Shown in pieces: positions 22,031 through 31,199 of a stretch of 64,000 bases of DNA. The notes beneath the pieces were generated by a model, which made no database searches, was not told where the DNA came from, and was given only the letters and a program-made list of their open reading frames with translations. The stretch lies in the NCBI GenBank assembly GCA_964449925.1, contig CAYVCM010000001.1:10306-74305 (forward strand), read 5' to 3'. The stretch's first letter is position 1. The number at the start of each line of letters is the position of its first letter. The position numbers and the translations under genes are program-made. The stretch is from an uncultured Clostridium sp. Lineage in GTDB: Bacteria; Bacillota; Clostridia; TANB77; CAG-508.

Positions 22031-22051
22031 ATTTAAAATTATTTACATTTT

Positions 22052-22639
22052 TTATACATTTGGTTCTTCTACATCTTCTGCTGTTACAACATCTTTTTCA
22101 TAGGCAAATGTTTTTGTGACATTTTCACTAGTCCATTTAGTTACTAGATTTGTTTCTGCATCAACATAAACAACAAAATCATCTAAATTAATTACATATT
22201 GATTTTCTTCTTTCTTCAATGGTTTGTAGATATTTTCAAGTAGTATTAATTTTATTAAATCATCTTTTGAAACATCTGACGTTAATAGCATATTTTGATA
22301 TAATTCTTCTATTTCAAACTCTTCATTTAAAGTTTCTTCACTTTTTATAACCTCTCCTGTATTTGAGTTTATATAAAGTGTACCTTCTAAGTTTTCATCA
22401 ATATAAAAGTTCCAATCATATATACCATCAAGTACATATATTTCTGATTTTGTTGTTTCTTCTTCAGTATTATATCTAGTCGTTTCTTCATAATAATAAT
22501 TGTTTAAAGAATTTTTTACATCTTCTTCTGCTTCACAAATTTTGCTTATAATTGTGTAGTTTCTAATAAGATTTGCCCCTAATAGAATTATTAATATTGC
22601 ACAAATTACTACAATTATTAGTATGATATTTTTTTTCAT
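22052..22639 (-). CDS. Hypothetical membrane-anchored protein (N-terminal TM, acidic extracellular region)
   Basis: 195-aa ORF with the N-terminal hydrophobic segment IILIIVVICAILIILLGA. It has its own terminator. No recognisable domain. Confidence 0.5.
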   Translation of the reverse strand: MKKNIILIIVVICAILIILLGANLIRNYTIISKICEAEEDVKNSLNNYYYEETTRYNTEEETTKSEIYVLDGIYDWNFYIDENLEGTLYINSNTGEVIKSEETLNEEFEIEELYQNMLLTSDVSKDDLIKLILLENIYKPLKKEENQYVINLDDFVVYVDAETNLVTKWTSENVTKTFAYEKDVVTAEDVEEPNV

Positions 22640-22659
22640 ATTTTTATTCCCCCTTTTTT

Positions 22660-22714
22660 ATATATCCTGCATTGTGAGGGTTCCAAGCAGGAACCCTCAC
22701 AATGCAGGATATAT
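22660..22714. terminator. 25-bp perfect GC-rich hairpin between two hypothetical genes
   Basis: ATATATCCTGCATTGTGAGGGTTCC, loop AAGCA, GGAACCCTCACAATGCAGGATATAT. It sits between the stop of 22747-23202 and the start of 22052-22639. Confidence 0.5.
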
Positions 22715-22746
22715 ATATATGGATTGTTAATAAAATCTTCCTATGC

Positions 22747-23202
22747 TTAGCTAAAACTAATTGTTAATTGTTGAAAGTTTCCTACATTGCTTCCTGCTGT
22801 TGTTACAGTATATGTTCCAGCAGGTAACTGTATGTTCATTTTTTGAACATAATACCCATTATCGCATATAAATGGGAAACTCTTAAAATCTCCTGTACTC
22901 TGATTTGTAAACCTCAGAGTAATAACTCCAGAGCTCCCAAAAAGTCCATAGACTCCTGTATAACTTACAGTATCAACGTAACCAGCATTTATTTTAAGTG
23001 TAGTATTCTGTGGATAAATGATACTTCCGTATCCTGTTCCATAGGTAACTGCTTCATTAGAGGAATATGTTACATCATCCTCATCCAAAGTCTTAGCAGA
23101 TACAGGTAATCCACATAAAGTAATACATAATAGCATTGCCAGTGTAACGTTAATTACTCTTTTAATCCGTAGTTTCATAGTAAACATCCTCCTTTTTTCC
23201 AT
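22747..23202 (-). CDS. Hypothetical secreted protein
   Basis: 151 aa. The N-terminal basic and hydrophobic signal peptide ends in ...LCGLPVSA/KT. The mature part is beta-rich and rich in Gly, Thr and Tyr. Confidence 0.55.
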   Translation of the reverse strand: MEKRRMFTMKLRIKRVINVTLAMLLCITLCGLPVSAKTLDEDDVTYSSNEAVTYGTGYGSIIYPQNTTLKINAGYVDTVSYTGVYGLFGSSGVITLRFTNQSTGDFKSFPFICDNGYYVQKMNIQLPAGTYTVTTAGSNVGNFQQLTISFS

Positions 23203-23511
23203 ATATTCCTGCTTGTCCCAATCTTAGGGACTTCAAGATAGCATTTTTGCGCTATCAAAGTAATTCTATCACAACCATTATACAATTACAATTATTTTTT
23301 ATTAGTTTTTTGTAAAAATTTCTACTTATTTTTACGAAAATCGACATTATCTGACATTTTTTAAATTTAAGATTTTATGGATGGAGAAAAAATCATCAAC
23401 TTTTCCCAATGTTTCAGTTTTGTAAAATTTTATATTTTTTTATTACAAATATAGACATTTTTTTCTATATATAGTAAAATACTTAAGAAACTTTAAAAAT
23501 TAGGAGGAACT

Positions 23512-24012
23512 ATGGCAGAATTACCATTAATCGTAAAATATTTATTAACTGCTTTTGTTGGAATGGTACCAATCGTTGAATTAAGAGGTGCTATACCAGT
23601 AGGTGTGTTTACATTTCACTTAAATTACATAGAATCATTTTTATGTAGTTTTATAGGAAATATTATTCCTGTATATTTTATTGTGAAATTTATTAGGCCA
23701 TTGTTTGATTTTTTCGGAAGATGGAAAATATTTAAAGTTATTATTGATTGGGCTTCTGAAAGAGCAACAAGAAAAATTGAAGAAAGTGAAAAATTACAAA
23801 ATTTTGCTGCTTTAGGTTTATTTATTTTTGTTGCCATCCCATTACCAGGAACAGGTGCATGGGTTGGTTCACTAATTGCAAACTTTTTAGATTTACCACC
23901 TAAAAAAGCAATTCCACCAATTGTTGCAGGTGTTTTTGTAGCAGGTATCATTGTTCTTACATTAACAGCAATCGCAAATGGTGGTATACAATATTTATTA
24001 CAAAGAGGTTAA
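23512..24012 (+). CDS. Small membrane protein, COG2426 / putative small multidrug-export family
   Basis: 166 aa with four predicted TM helices. The N-terminal VELRGAIP motif is characteristic of that family. A GGAGG RBS is present. Confidence 0.55.
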   Translation: MAELPLIVKYLLTAFVGMVPIVELRGAIPVGVFTFHLNYIESFLCSFIGNIIPVYFIVKFIRPLFDFFGRWKIFKVIIDWASERATRKIEESEKLQNFAALGLFIFVAIPLPGTGAWVGSLIANFLDLPPKKAIPPIVAGVFVAGIIVLTLTAIANGGIQYLLQRG

Positions 24013-24025
24013 AAAAATTGAGGAA

Positions 24026-25180
24026 TCAATCCTCAATTTTTTTCTTTTCTTTTTCAATTACTTTTTTTGTTTCACGATAATCTATAAAATCATCTAATAG
24101 TATTTTTATAACTGCAATGATTGGAACTGCTAAGAACATACCTAGTATTCCAAAATATGCTCCACCAAAAGTTACTGCAAATAATACAAGTAATGGACTA
24201 ATTTTTAGTGATTTTCCAACAATTCTTGGATTAATAAAGTTAGCATCTATCTGTTGTAAAATAATAACAACAATTAGCATCCATATAGTTTGTGATAATC
24301 CACCTGTTATTAATGTGATAAGTGCTGAGATTACTGTTGCTACTATTGCACCTACATATGGTATCATATTAAATATACCAATGAAAAATCCTAATAATGG
24401 TGCATATCGTACTCCCATAATGCTCATTGCAATAGATACCATAATACCTACAACTATTGCATCTAAAAATTGGCTAGCTACAAATTTAAAGAAAATTTCA
24501 TTAGAGTCATTGAAATATTTATCTAAGTTTTTATATGTTCTTTCTTTAAAAATAGCACTTGCTAATCTTTTGAAAAATGCTATTATTTTTCTTCTATCTA
24601 TTAGAATATATACTGATACTATAATTGCAATAAAGAAGTCTACAATACTAAAAATAGCACTAATTGCATTTAGTAGATATTCTAATATTTTTTCAATGTC
24701 AAAATATTCTTTAATATCAAGACTTTGCAAATTTTGAATTTCATCTTGTACAACTTGACTTTTTAATATAGAGTCCTCTGGTAACTCATTATATGCGTTT
24801 ATTGCATTTTCAATATATTGTGGTACACTACTAATAAAATCTGTTATACTTTCAAAAACAATTGGAAAAATTGTATAACACAATATACCAATAATAGCAA
24901 TAATTATAATATAAACTGTAATAACACCTAATGCTCTTGCTTTTTTTGATATAAACCTTATTTTTATTTTTCCATATAGTTCTTCAAATTTTCTTGAAGG
25001 CATATATAATAAGTAAGCAATAAATATACCTATAAAAAATGGACTAATAACACTAAAAAATGTATGTAAACTTCCCATAATAGTTCCATAATTATCTAAA
25101 AGCTTATAAATAAAAATCAATGCTAGTCCTAGGCAAAACCAATATATCCATTTTCTCCAATTTTGTTTTACTTCATTCAT
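24026..25180 (-). CDS. AI-2E family (UPF0118) transporter
   Basis: 384 aa with about eight TM helices. The overall architecture and the mid-protein cytoplasmic loop are typical of the AI-2E/PerM family. Confidence 0.7.
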   Translation of the reverse strand: MNEVKQNWRKWIYWFCLGLALIFIYKLLDNYGTIMGSLHTFFSVISPFFIGIFIAYLLYMPSRKFEELYGKIKIRFISKKARALGVITVYIIIIAIIGILCYTIFPIVFESITDFISSVPQYIENAINAYNELPEDSILKSQVVQDEIQNLQSLDIKEYFDIEKILEYLLNAISAIFSIVDFFIAIIVSVYILIDRRKIIAFFKRLASAIFKERTYKNLDKYFNDSNEIFFKFVASQFLDAIVVGIMVSIAMSIMGVRYAPLLGFFIGIFNMIPYVGAIVATVISALITLITGGLSQTIWMLIVVIILQQIDANFINPRIVGKSLKISPLLVLFAVTFGGAYFGILGMFLAVPIIAVIKILLDDFIDYRETKKVIEKEKKKIED

Positions 25181-25311
25181 ATAATTTTATCTCCTTTATT
25201 TTTTCTTTTAAAATAGGTTATTCATTTATTTTTACTTTGACTTACAAAGCCAAAATGTTTTATTTCGTTTTCTATTTTATGGTTTCTAGTTTCGTTTATG
25301 GGGTCTAGTTT

Positions 25312-26064
25312 CTAATTTATTTCTAAACCAATTGGACAATGATCGCTACCCATTACTTCTGGGAATATCATAGCTTCTTTTATTTTATCTTTAATATCTT
25401 TTGATACAATAAAATAGTCAATTCTCCATCCTACATTTTTTTCTCTTGCTCTTCCCATATATGACCACCAGCTATAACACTCTGTTTTTTCTGGGTATAA
25501 ATATCTAAAAGAATCTATAAAACCAGCTTTTAGTAACTCTGTCATTTTAGCTCTCTCTTCATCTGTAAATCCTGCATTCCCTCTATTAGATTTTGGGTTT
25601 TTTAAATCTATTTCTTCATGTGCTACATTTAAGTCTCCACACATAATTACAGGTTTTGTTTTATTTAATGTTAATAAATAATTTCTGATTTCATCTTCCC
25701 ATATTTGCCTATAGTCTAATCTTTCTAATCCTCTTTTAGCATTTGGGGTATAATTATTTACTAAATAGAAATCCTTGAATTCTAATGTTATAATTCTTCC
25801 TTCTTTGTCATGTTCTTCTATTCCTATTCCATATGTGATTTTTATTGGTTCTTTTTTAGTAAATATGGCCGTTCCTGAATATCCTTTTCTTTCTGCACTA
25901 TTCCAATAAGATTTATATCCCTCAAATTCTAGTTCAATTTGCTCTGGTTGGCATTTAGTTTCTTGTATGCAAAATATATCTGCATCTATTTTTTTAAAAA
26001 AGTCGCTAAATCCTTTATTGACACAGGCTCGTATTCCATTTACATTCCACGAAATAAGTTTCAT
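25312..26064 (-). CDS. xth: Exodeoxyribonuclease III
   Basis: 250 aa. MKLISWNVNGIRA...FCIQETK plus downstream EEP-fold catalytic residues (DLNV, SDHCP). Confidence 0.9.
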   Translation of the reverse strand: MKLISWNVNGIRACVNKGFSDFFKKIDADIFCIQETKCQPEQIELEFEGYKSYWNSAERKGYSGTAIFTKKEPIKITYGIGIEEHDKEGRIITLEFKDFYLVNNYTPNAKRGLERLDYRQIWEDEIRNYLLTLNKTKPVIMCGDLNVAHEEIDLKNPKSNRGNAGFTDEERAKMTELLKAGFIDSFRYLYPEKTECYSWWSYMGRAREKNVGWRIDYFIVSKDIKDKIKEAMIFPEVMGSDHCPIGLEIN

Positions 26065-26100
26065 ATTTTCTTTCCTTTCTTTTTCTTTTATATAGCATTA

Positions 26101-26262
26101 GGTGTCGCATTGGGGACGTTTCTCTTTGAGACATTTTTATGTAAAATTGCAAAATGCTATTTTACATTTGTATATAATATTTTAATTTTATATTTTAGTA
26201 TATTAGAAATAGGAATTTTAATTTTACATAAAAATGTCTCAAAGAGAAACGTCCCCAATGCG
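26101..26262. repeat. Family-1 palindromic repeat with a ~100-bp AT-rich core containing its own inverted repeat
   Basis: The arms are GGTGTCGCATTGGGGACGTTTCTCTTTGAGACATTTTTATGTAAAAT and ATTTTACATAAAAATGTCTCAAAGAGAAACGTCCCCAATGCGACAC. Confidence 0.85.
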
Positions 26263-26314
26263 ACACAATGCTATATAAAAGAAAATGCCTCCTAATGGAG
26301 ACATCTCTCTATTT

Positions 26315-27283
26315 TTATTCCACAACACTTACTGTTAAATATTTTACGCCCCATTGTAAAGCTTCTGCATGTGTACTAACAAATATGTCTATAGTATTTC
26401 CAGTAACAGAGCCTCCTCTATCTTCAACTGTATAAACGTGTCCACCAATATTTAATTTTGTTCCAAATGCAAAATTACTTGAAGCTGCAACTGTTCTACC
26501 TGCTGTTGCCGTTGTTCCTGAAGCAGTTGTTCCAGTTGAGTTACCACAGCATTTACTACAAGGGCAGTATGCTGTAACTTTATATACAGTTCCACTTGAG
26601 CTTGATGTACTTGTACTTGTTGATGTTGTTGACGTACTTGTTGAACTTGTTGTTCTTGTTGTTGTTGAACTTCTTGAAGTTGTATTTTTTTGAACTTGAA
26701 CAATTTTATCTACTGGTTCTTCTATAACAACTTCTGATATGACTGTTTTTTCAATTTCTACATCATTTTGATATTTTACTTTATATGTTACTTCTTTTAA
26801 TCCGTCTTTTCCTTCTTGTACAACTTTGTTTGTTGTATCTTCTGTTGCATCTGTTGTGTCTTTTGTGATTGTCTCATAAGGTATTGTAACCTGTTCTACA
26901 ACTATTTTTTCTGTGATTGGTGCATAATTTTCTAGTAATTGCTCTAATGAAGTTTCAACTCCTTCTTCTGATATTGTTGCAATTTGTACTTCATTATATG
27001 ATTTATCTGTTATTTGGATTGTATCACCTGATGATATTTCACTATCCAAATCTGGTATCGTTTTTTGGTCATCGCTTAGTATGATTCCGTTTTCATCTAA
27101 AACATCTGATACTGTACTTTTTGATGTTACAGTTGTCATTTCATATCCATTTTGTAATATAATAGTTATGTCTTTTAAGTCTGTGCTTACTGCCATAACA
27201 CTAATTCCTGATATTAATATAAAAATTATGCTTACACAGATAATCTTCATTATAGAAATTGAAGCCTTTTCTTCTCGTTTCAT
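26315..27283 (-). CDS. Cell-wall-associated 3D-domain protein (YabE-like: DUF348, Ser/Thr-rich linker, 3D domain)
   Basis: The C-terminal 3D/MltA-like domain reads YKVTAYCPCSKCCG...GHVYTVEDRGG...IDIF. The N-terminus has a signal/TM segment and a DUF348-like region. The low-complexity linker is TTSRSSTTTRTTSSTSTSTTSTSTSTSSSSGT. Confidence 0.8.
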   Translation of the reverse strand: MKREEKASISIMKIICVSIIFILISGISVMAVSTDLKDITIILQNGYEMTTVTSKSTVSDVLDENGIILSDDQKTIPDLDSEISSGDTIQITDKSYNEVQIATISEEGVETSLEQLLENYAPITEKIVVEQVTIPYETITKDTTDATEDTTNKVVQEGKDGLKEVTYKVKYQNDVEIEKTVISEVVIEEPVDKIVQVQKNTTSRSSTTTRTTSSTSTSTTSTSTSTSSSSGTVYKVTAYCPCSKCCGNSTGTTASGTTATAGRTVAASSNFAFGTKLNIGGHVYTVEDRGGSVTGNTIDIFVSTHAEALQWGVKYLTVSVVE

Positions 27284-27525
27284 AAAATTAAATTACCTCC
27301 TTTTGGCAACACATTACTATTATACTATTATTTGAACAAAAAGTCAAATTTCAAGTTCAAAATCGAAGCAATCTGTTGCATCCCTAAGAATATATGGGTA
27401 TTATTTTTTTATATTTTTATTAAAAAATTTCATAAATTGCTTATATTTGTCCATTTTTTATCCATAATATAATATATGAAAATTTTTTAAAAATATTCCT
27501 TTTTTTGTTACTTTTCATAATTAGT

Positions 27526-27655
27526 ATGGTAGCTAGTGTAGAGGTATATGTGCTATGAACATCATTCTAAAATTATTAACAAATTCTAAAAATATTTCCA
27601 ATCACATTCGTCATCTATTCAATTTAAAATAATGTCCCTTCACACTATCTACCAT
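27526..27655. repeat. Degenerate short relative (~130 bp) of the 30236-30485 MITE-like element
   Basis: Imperfect terminal inverted repeats ATGGTAGCTAGTGTAGAGGTATAT and GTCCCTTCACACTATCTACCAT. The internal sequence TTTCCAATCACATTCGTCATCTATTCAAT is the reverse complement of 30289-30317 with one mismatch. Confidence 0.6.
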
Positions 27656-27777
27656 ATTAATTATGAAAAGTGACATATTTTTGATTTTTTTGTGAAATTT
27701 TTTTATAAATATTGTAGAAATAATATTAATATGTTATGATAATTTTGTATATATTATAGATAAGGAGGATTGTACAC

Positions 27778-28341
27778 ATGATCATTTTTATTATTTTATT
27801 TATTATAATTGCTGTCATTATAGCAGTAATAGCTATGTATAATGGTTTAGTTCAATCTAAAATAAAAGTTGATAATGCATGGAGTCAAATAGATGTACAA
27901 TTACAAAGAAGATTTGACCTTATACCTAATTTTGTTGAAACTGTAAAAGGTTACATGACACATGAATCTGAAACATTTGAAAAAATTGCACAACTAAGAA
28001 CCTCATGGGCACAAGCAGAAAGTGTTTCTAAAAAAGCTGAATTAGATAATCAACTATCTACTGCTTTAAAAACTATAATGGCAGTGTCTGAAAGCTATCC
28101 TGATTTAAAAGCAAACCAAAACTTCTCAGATTTGTCAGAAGAACTTAGAAATACAGAAAATAAAATTTCTTTTTCTAGACAATTCTATAATGATACTGTA
28201 ACAACATATAACACAAAATTAGAAGTTTTCCCATCTAACATTATTGCTGGTATGTTTCATTTTACACCTCGTGACTTATTCGTTGCTGAAAATGAAGAAG
28301 CCAGAAAAAATGTAAAAGTAGATTTTGGAAAAAATCAATAG
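27778..28341 (+). CDS. lemA: LemA family protein
   Basis: 187 aa. N-terminal TM helix, then the conserved LemA core (NGLV...AWSQIDVQLQRRFDLIPN). Confidence 0.85.
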   Translation: MIIFIILFIIIAVIIAVIAMYNGLVQSKIKVDNAWSQIDVQLQRRFDLIPNFVETVKGYMTHESETFEKIAQLRTSWAQAESVSKKAELDNQLSTALKTIMAVSESYPDLKANQNFSDLSEELRNTENKISFSRQFYNDTVTTYNTKLEVFPSNIIAGMFHFTPRDLFVAENEEARKNVKVDFGKNQ

Positions 28342-28431
28342 CAATCATCTTAATATATAATTTTAATAAATATTGTTTAGAAGGGATAGGGGATTACCTT
28401 TTCCCTTCTTTACTTTTAAAGGGAGTAGAAT

Positions 28432-29328
28432 ATGTTTGAAACAAGTAAAAAAAATAAATTTGAGTCAGGTATTATAATAGGAATTTTTATTTTAGTCATT
28501 ACTTTAATTGTATATTTTGTTTGTAATGCACTAAGATTAGGCCCAATATCCATTATGATTGCATTAGTTGTTTCAATTGCATCTGCATGGGCTTCTTACT
28601 ACTATAGTGACAAAATTGTATTATCATTGAACAAAGCAAGACCAGCTACTAAAGAAGAAGACCAAAAACTAGTTAATATTTTAGATGCTCTTATGGTAAC
28701 AGCTGGGCTACCAAATAAACCTAGACTTTATGTTGTAGAAGATGCACAACCAAATGCATTTGCTACTGGGAGAAATCCCGAAAATTCTGTTATTTGTGTA
28801 ACAACAGGACTTTTAGAAAAATTAGATTATTATGAGTTAGAGGGTGTTATTGCTCATGAAATGAGTCATATTAAAAACTATGATATTCGTTTAAGTTGTG
28901 TTGTTTCTGTTATGGTTGGTTTTATTGTAATGGTATCTGATGTATTTTCTCGTGCTTTATTTTGGGGTGGTTCACGCGATAGAGATAATGATAACAGAGC
29001 AAATGGATTATTAATGTTAATAGGACTTGTTCTTTTAATTTTAGCACCTATTTTTGGTTCTTTAATGCAACTTGCTTTATCTAGAAAAAGAGAATTTTTA
29101 GCAGATAGTACTGCTGTTGAGTTTACTCGTAATCCAGATGGTTTGATTTCTGCTTTGGAGAAATTAGAAAATGACCCTAATGAATTGAAAACTGCAAATA
29201 ATGCAACTGAAAATATGTATATTGTTAATCCATTTAAGAAGAATGGCAAGAAAAAAACTAGTAGCCTTTGGTCTACACATCCTAGTACAGCAGATAGAAT
29301 CGAAGCTTTGAGAAATTTAAAATTTTAA
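28432..29328 (+). CDS. htpX: M48 family zinc metalloprotease HtpX homolog
   Basis: 298 aa with four TM helices and the HEMSH (HExxH) motif. LemA-M48 gene pairs are common. Confidence 0.85.
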   Translation: MFETSKKNKFESGIIIGIFILVITLIVYFVCNALRLGPISIMIALVVSIASAWASYYYSDKIVLSLNKARPATKEEDQKLVNILDALMVTAGLPNKPRLYVVEDAQPNAFATGRNPENSVICVTTGLLEKLDYYELEGVIAHEMSHIKNYDIRLSCVVSVMVGFIVMVSDVFSRALFWGGSRDRDNDNRANGLLMLIGLVLLILAPIFGSLMQLALSRKREFLADSTAVEFTRNPDGLISALEKLENDPNELKTANNATENMYIVNPFKKNGKKKTSSLWSTHPSTADRIEALRNLKF

Positions 29329-29344
29329 ACTTTGTAAATGAAAC

Positions 29345-29390
29345 AAAAAAGTTCACAAAACTTATTTAAATCAGTTTTGTGAACTTTTTG
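29345..29390. terminator. Bidirectional terminator between htpX (+) and tatD (-)
   Basis: AAAAAAGTTCACAAAAC, loop TTATTTAAATCA, GTTTTGTGAACTTTTTG. It overlaps the last codons of tatD. Confidence 0.7.
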
Positions 29391-30177
29391 TTACAAGTAT
29401 TTTTTCAGCATTATTGTAAGTTATTTTTGCAACATCTTCTAGTGGCAAGCCCTTCACATCAGCAATTTTTTGTGCAATATGTTTTACATTTCTCGGATCA
29501 TTTCTAGTTCCCCTTACTGGTTCTGGTGCTAAATAAGGACTATCTGTTTCTATAAGCATTTTATCTACTGGTACCATTTCTATAATTTCATTTGCATTTT
29601 TTGAATTTTTGAAAGTTACTGGCCCTGCAAACGAAATATAAAATCCAAGCTTTAATGCCTCTTTTACCAATTCTCTATTTAATGGACAACAATGAAAAAT
29701 ACCTTTTTTGCTAACCGTATGTGTTTTTAATATTTCTAATGTATCCATAATAGCATCTCTTGTATGTATAACAATTGGTAAATTAAAATCATTTGCCATT
29801 TCGATTTGTTTTACAAAAGCATTTTTTTGTAATTCTCTTCTTTCTAAATTTTTTTCCCAATAATAGTCTAATCCAATTTCTCCAATTGCTACAATTTTTT
29901 TATCTTTTATATTATTTTTCACTAATTCGTTTATAGTTTCTATATCTTTCCACAATTCTTCTTCAATTTGTGGAATATCATTTGGAGAAATTCCACAGGT
30001 GGTATAAATATAGTCATATTTTTTTGATAATTCAACACCTTTAATAGAACCTTCTACACTATATCCTGCTGATACTATTTTTGTTATATCCGCTTTTTTT
30101 ATTTCTGCTATTAAATTTTCTCTATCTTCATTAAATTTTTCGTCATCTAAATGACAATGACTATCAAAAAATTCCAT
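29371..30177 (-). CDS. tatD: TatD family metal-dependent deoxyribonuclease/hydrolase
   Basis: 268 aa. The N-terminus FDSHCHLD is the TatD signature, followed by the conserved His and Asp ligands of the family. Confidence 0.9.
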   Translation of the reverse strand: MEFFDSHCHLDDEKFNEDRENLIAEIKKADITKIVSAGYSVEGSIKGVELSKKYDYIYTTCGISPNDIPQIEEELWKDIETINELVKNNIKDKKIVAIGEIGLDYYWEKNLERRELQKNAFVKQIEMANDFNLPIVIHTRDAIMDTLEILKTHTVSKKGIFHCCPLNRELVKEALKLGFYISFAGPVTFKNSKNANEIIEMVPVDKMLIETDSPYLAPEPVRGTRNDPRNVKHIAQKIADVKGLPLEDVAKITYNNAEKILVTKSSQN

Positions 30178-30235
30178 TTTCTCTCCCTTCTTTTAACTAT
30201 TAAAACTAGGCAATTTAGATTAGTCTTATTGTTAA

Positions 30236-30485
30236 GGTTACTATTCAGAGTTATATGGTAACAAGGTGTGGAGGTATATTATTTTAAATTGAATAAATGA
30301 CGAATGTGATTGGAAAATGATTAGAACATCTTAAATTTTTTTATGGAAAATGTTCGCGCTTGACGTGAAAGGGTGCCATAAAAAAATTTTAGAGGTTCTT
30401 AAAATTTGTATTGAGCCGAGGAATTTATGAAATTTAAAATAATATACCTCCACACCTTGTTACCATATAACTCTGAATAGTAACC
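30236..30485. mobile_element. MITE-like non-autonomous element, 250 bp with 50-bp perfect terminal inverted repeats
   Basis: The left TIR GGTTACTATTCAGAGTTATATGGTAACAAGGTGTGGAGGTATATTATTTT is the exact reverse complement of the right TIR (30436-30485). The ~150-bp core has no ORF. The element fills most of the acpS-tatD intergenic gap. Confidence 0.5.
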
Positions 30486-30495
30486 AATATTTAAT

Positions 30496-30879
30496 TCATT
30501 TCCACATTACTACTACATTTGCTGTGGCATATTCTTTACAATGTGATATACTAATATCTATTTCTTCAATATCTTGTATTTTGATATTCAAAAAATGAAC
30601 ATGTGGTCTTCCATTTTCATCATTTAGTACCTCTATATCTTTCCATCCAATATCATATTTATTTTCTAAATGGCTAGAAATCGCCTTAAACACAGCCTCT
30701 TTCGCAGCAAACCTAGCTGAATAGTGTTGATATTTTTGAGTTTTTTTACTTTCACAATATTCTATTTCTTTTTTTGTATAGATGCGCTCTAAAAAATTCA
30801 TTCCCAAATCTTCTATACTTTCTTTTATTCGTTTTATTTCAATAATATCTGTTCCACAACTAATTTTCATTTTCAACAA
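30496..30879 (-). CDS. acpS: Holo-[acyl-carrier-protein] synthase
   Basis: 127 aa. GTDIIEI...FAAKEAVFKA is the 4'-phosphopantetheinyl transferase signature. Confidence 0.85.
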   Translation of the reverse strand: MLKMKISCGTDIIEIKRIKESIEDLGMNFLERIYTKKEIEYCESKKTQKYQHYSARFAAKEAVFKAISSHLENKYDIGWKDIEVLNDENGRPHVHFLNIKIQDIEEIDISISHCKEYATANVVVMWK

Positions 30880-31040
30880 CCTTTTTCCTTTTTAATTTAC
30901 TATATGACTTTAGAACAAATCGGAAAGCCTTAAAAATCATTCTAATTTTATTTTATCGCTTTGGCTTTCCGTAAATTTGCGTGCAATTGCTGGAGCAAAG
31001 CGACTTTCATATAATGGTAATATTTGATAAATTATTTCAA

Positions 31041-31196
31041 GCGATGATTTGAGGACGGAGCAAAAAATCATCATTTGTATAAATAAATTTTTATATAATT
31101 TTTATAATACAAATGATGATTTTTTGCTCCGTCCTCAAATCATCGCTTGCTTCGTCCCCAAAATGTCTCAAAAAGAAACGTCCCCAATGAGACATA
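31041..31196. repeat. Composite Family-1 repeat: a 40-bp perfect IR module plus a GGGGACG hairpin unit
   Basis: GCGATGATTTGAGGACGGAGCAAAAAATCATCATTTGTAT, then a 28-nt loop, then ATACAAATGATGATTTTTTGCTCCGTCCTCAAATCATCGC. This is followed by CGTCCCCAAAATGTCTCAAAAAGAAACGTCCCCAATGAGACAT. Confidence 0.85.
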
Positions 31197-31199
31197 GCG

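Noticed and set aside
26452-26703. 83-aa Gln-rich ORF (QQQEQQVQQVRQQHQQ...)
   Set aside because: It is an alternative-frame artefact of the repetitive Ser/Thr-linker codons inside the 3D-domain gene (26315-27283). It lies wholly within that gene, has no RBS and has extreme composition.
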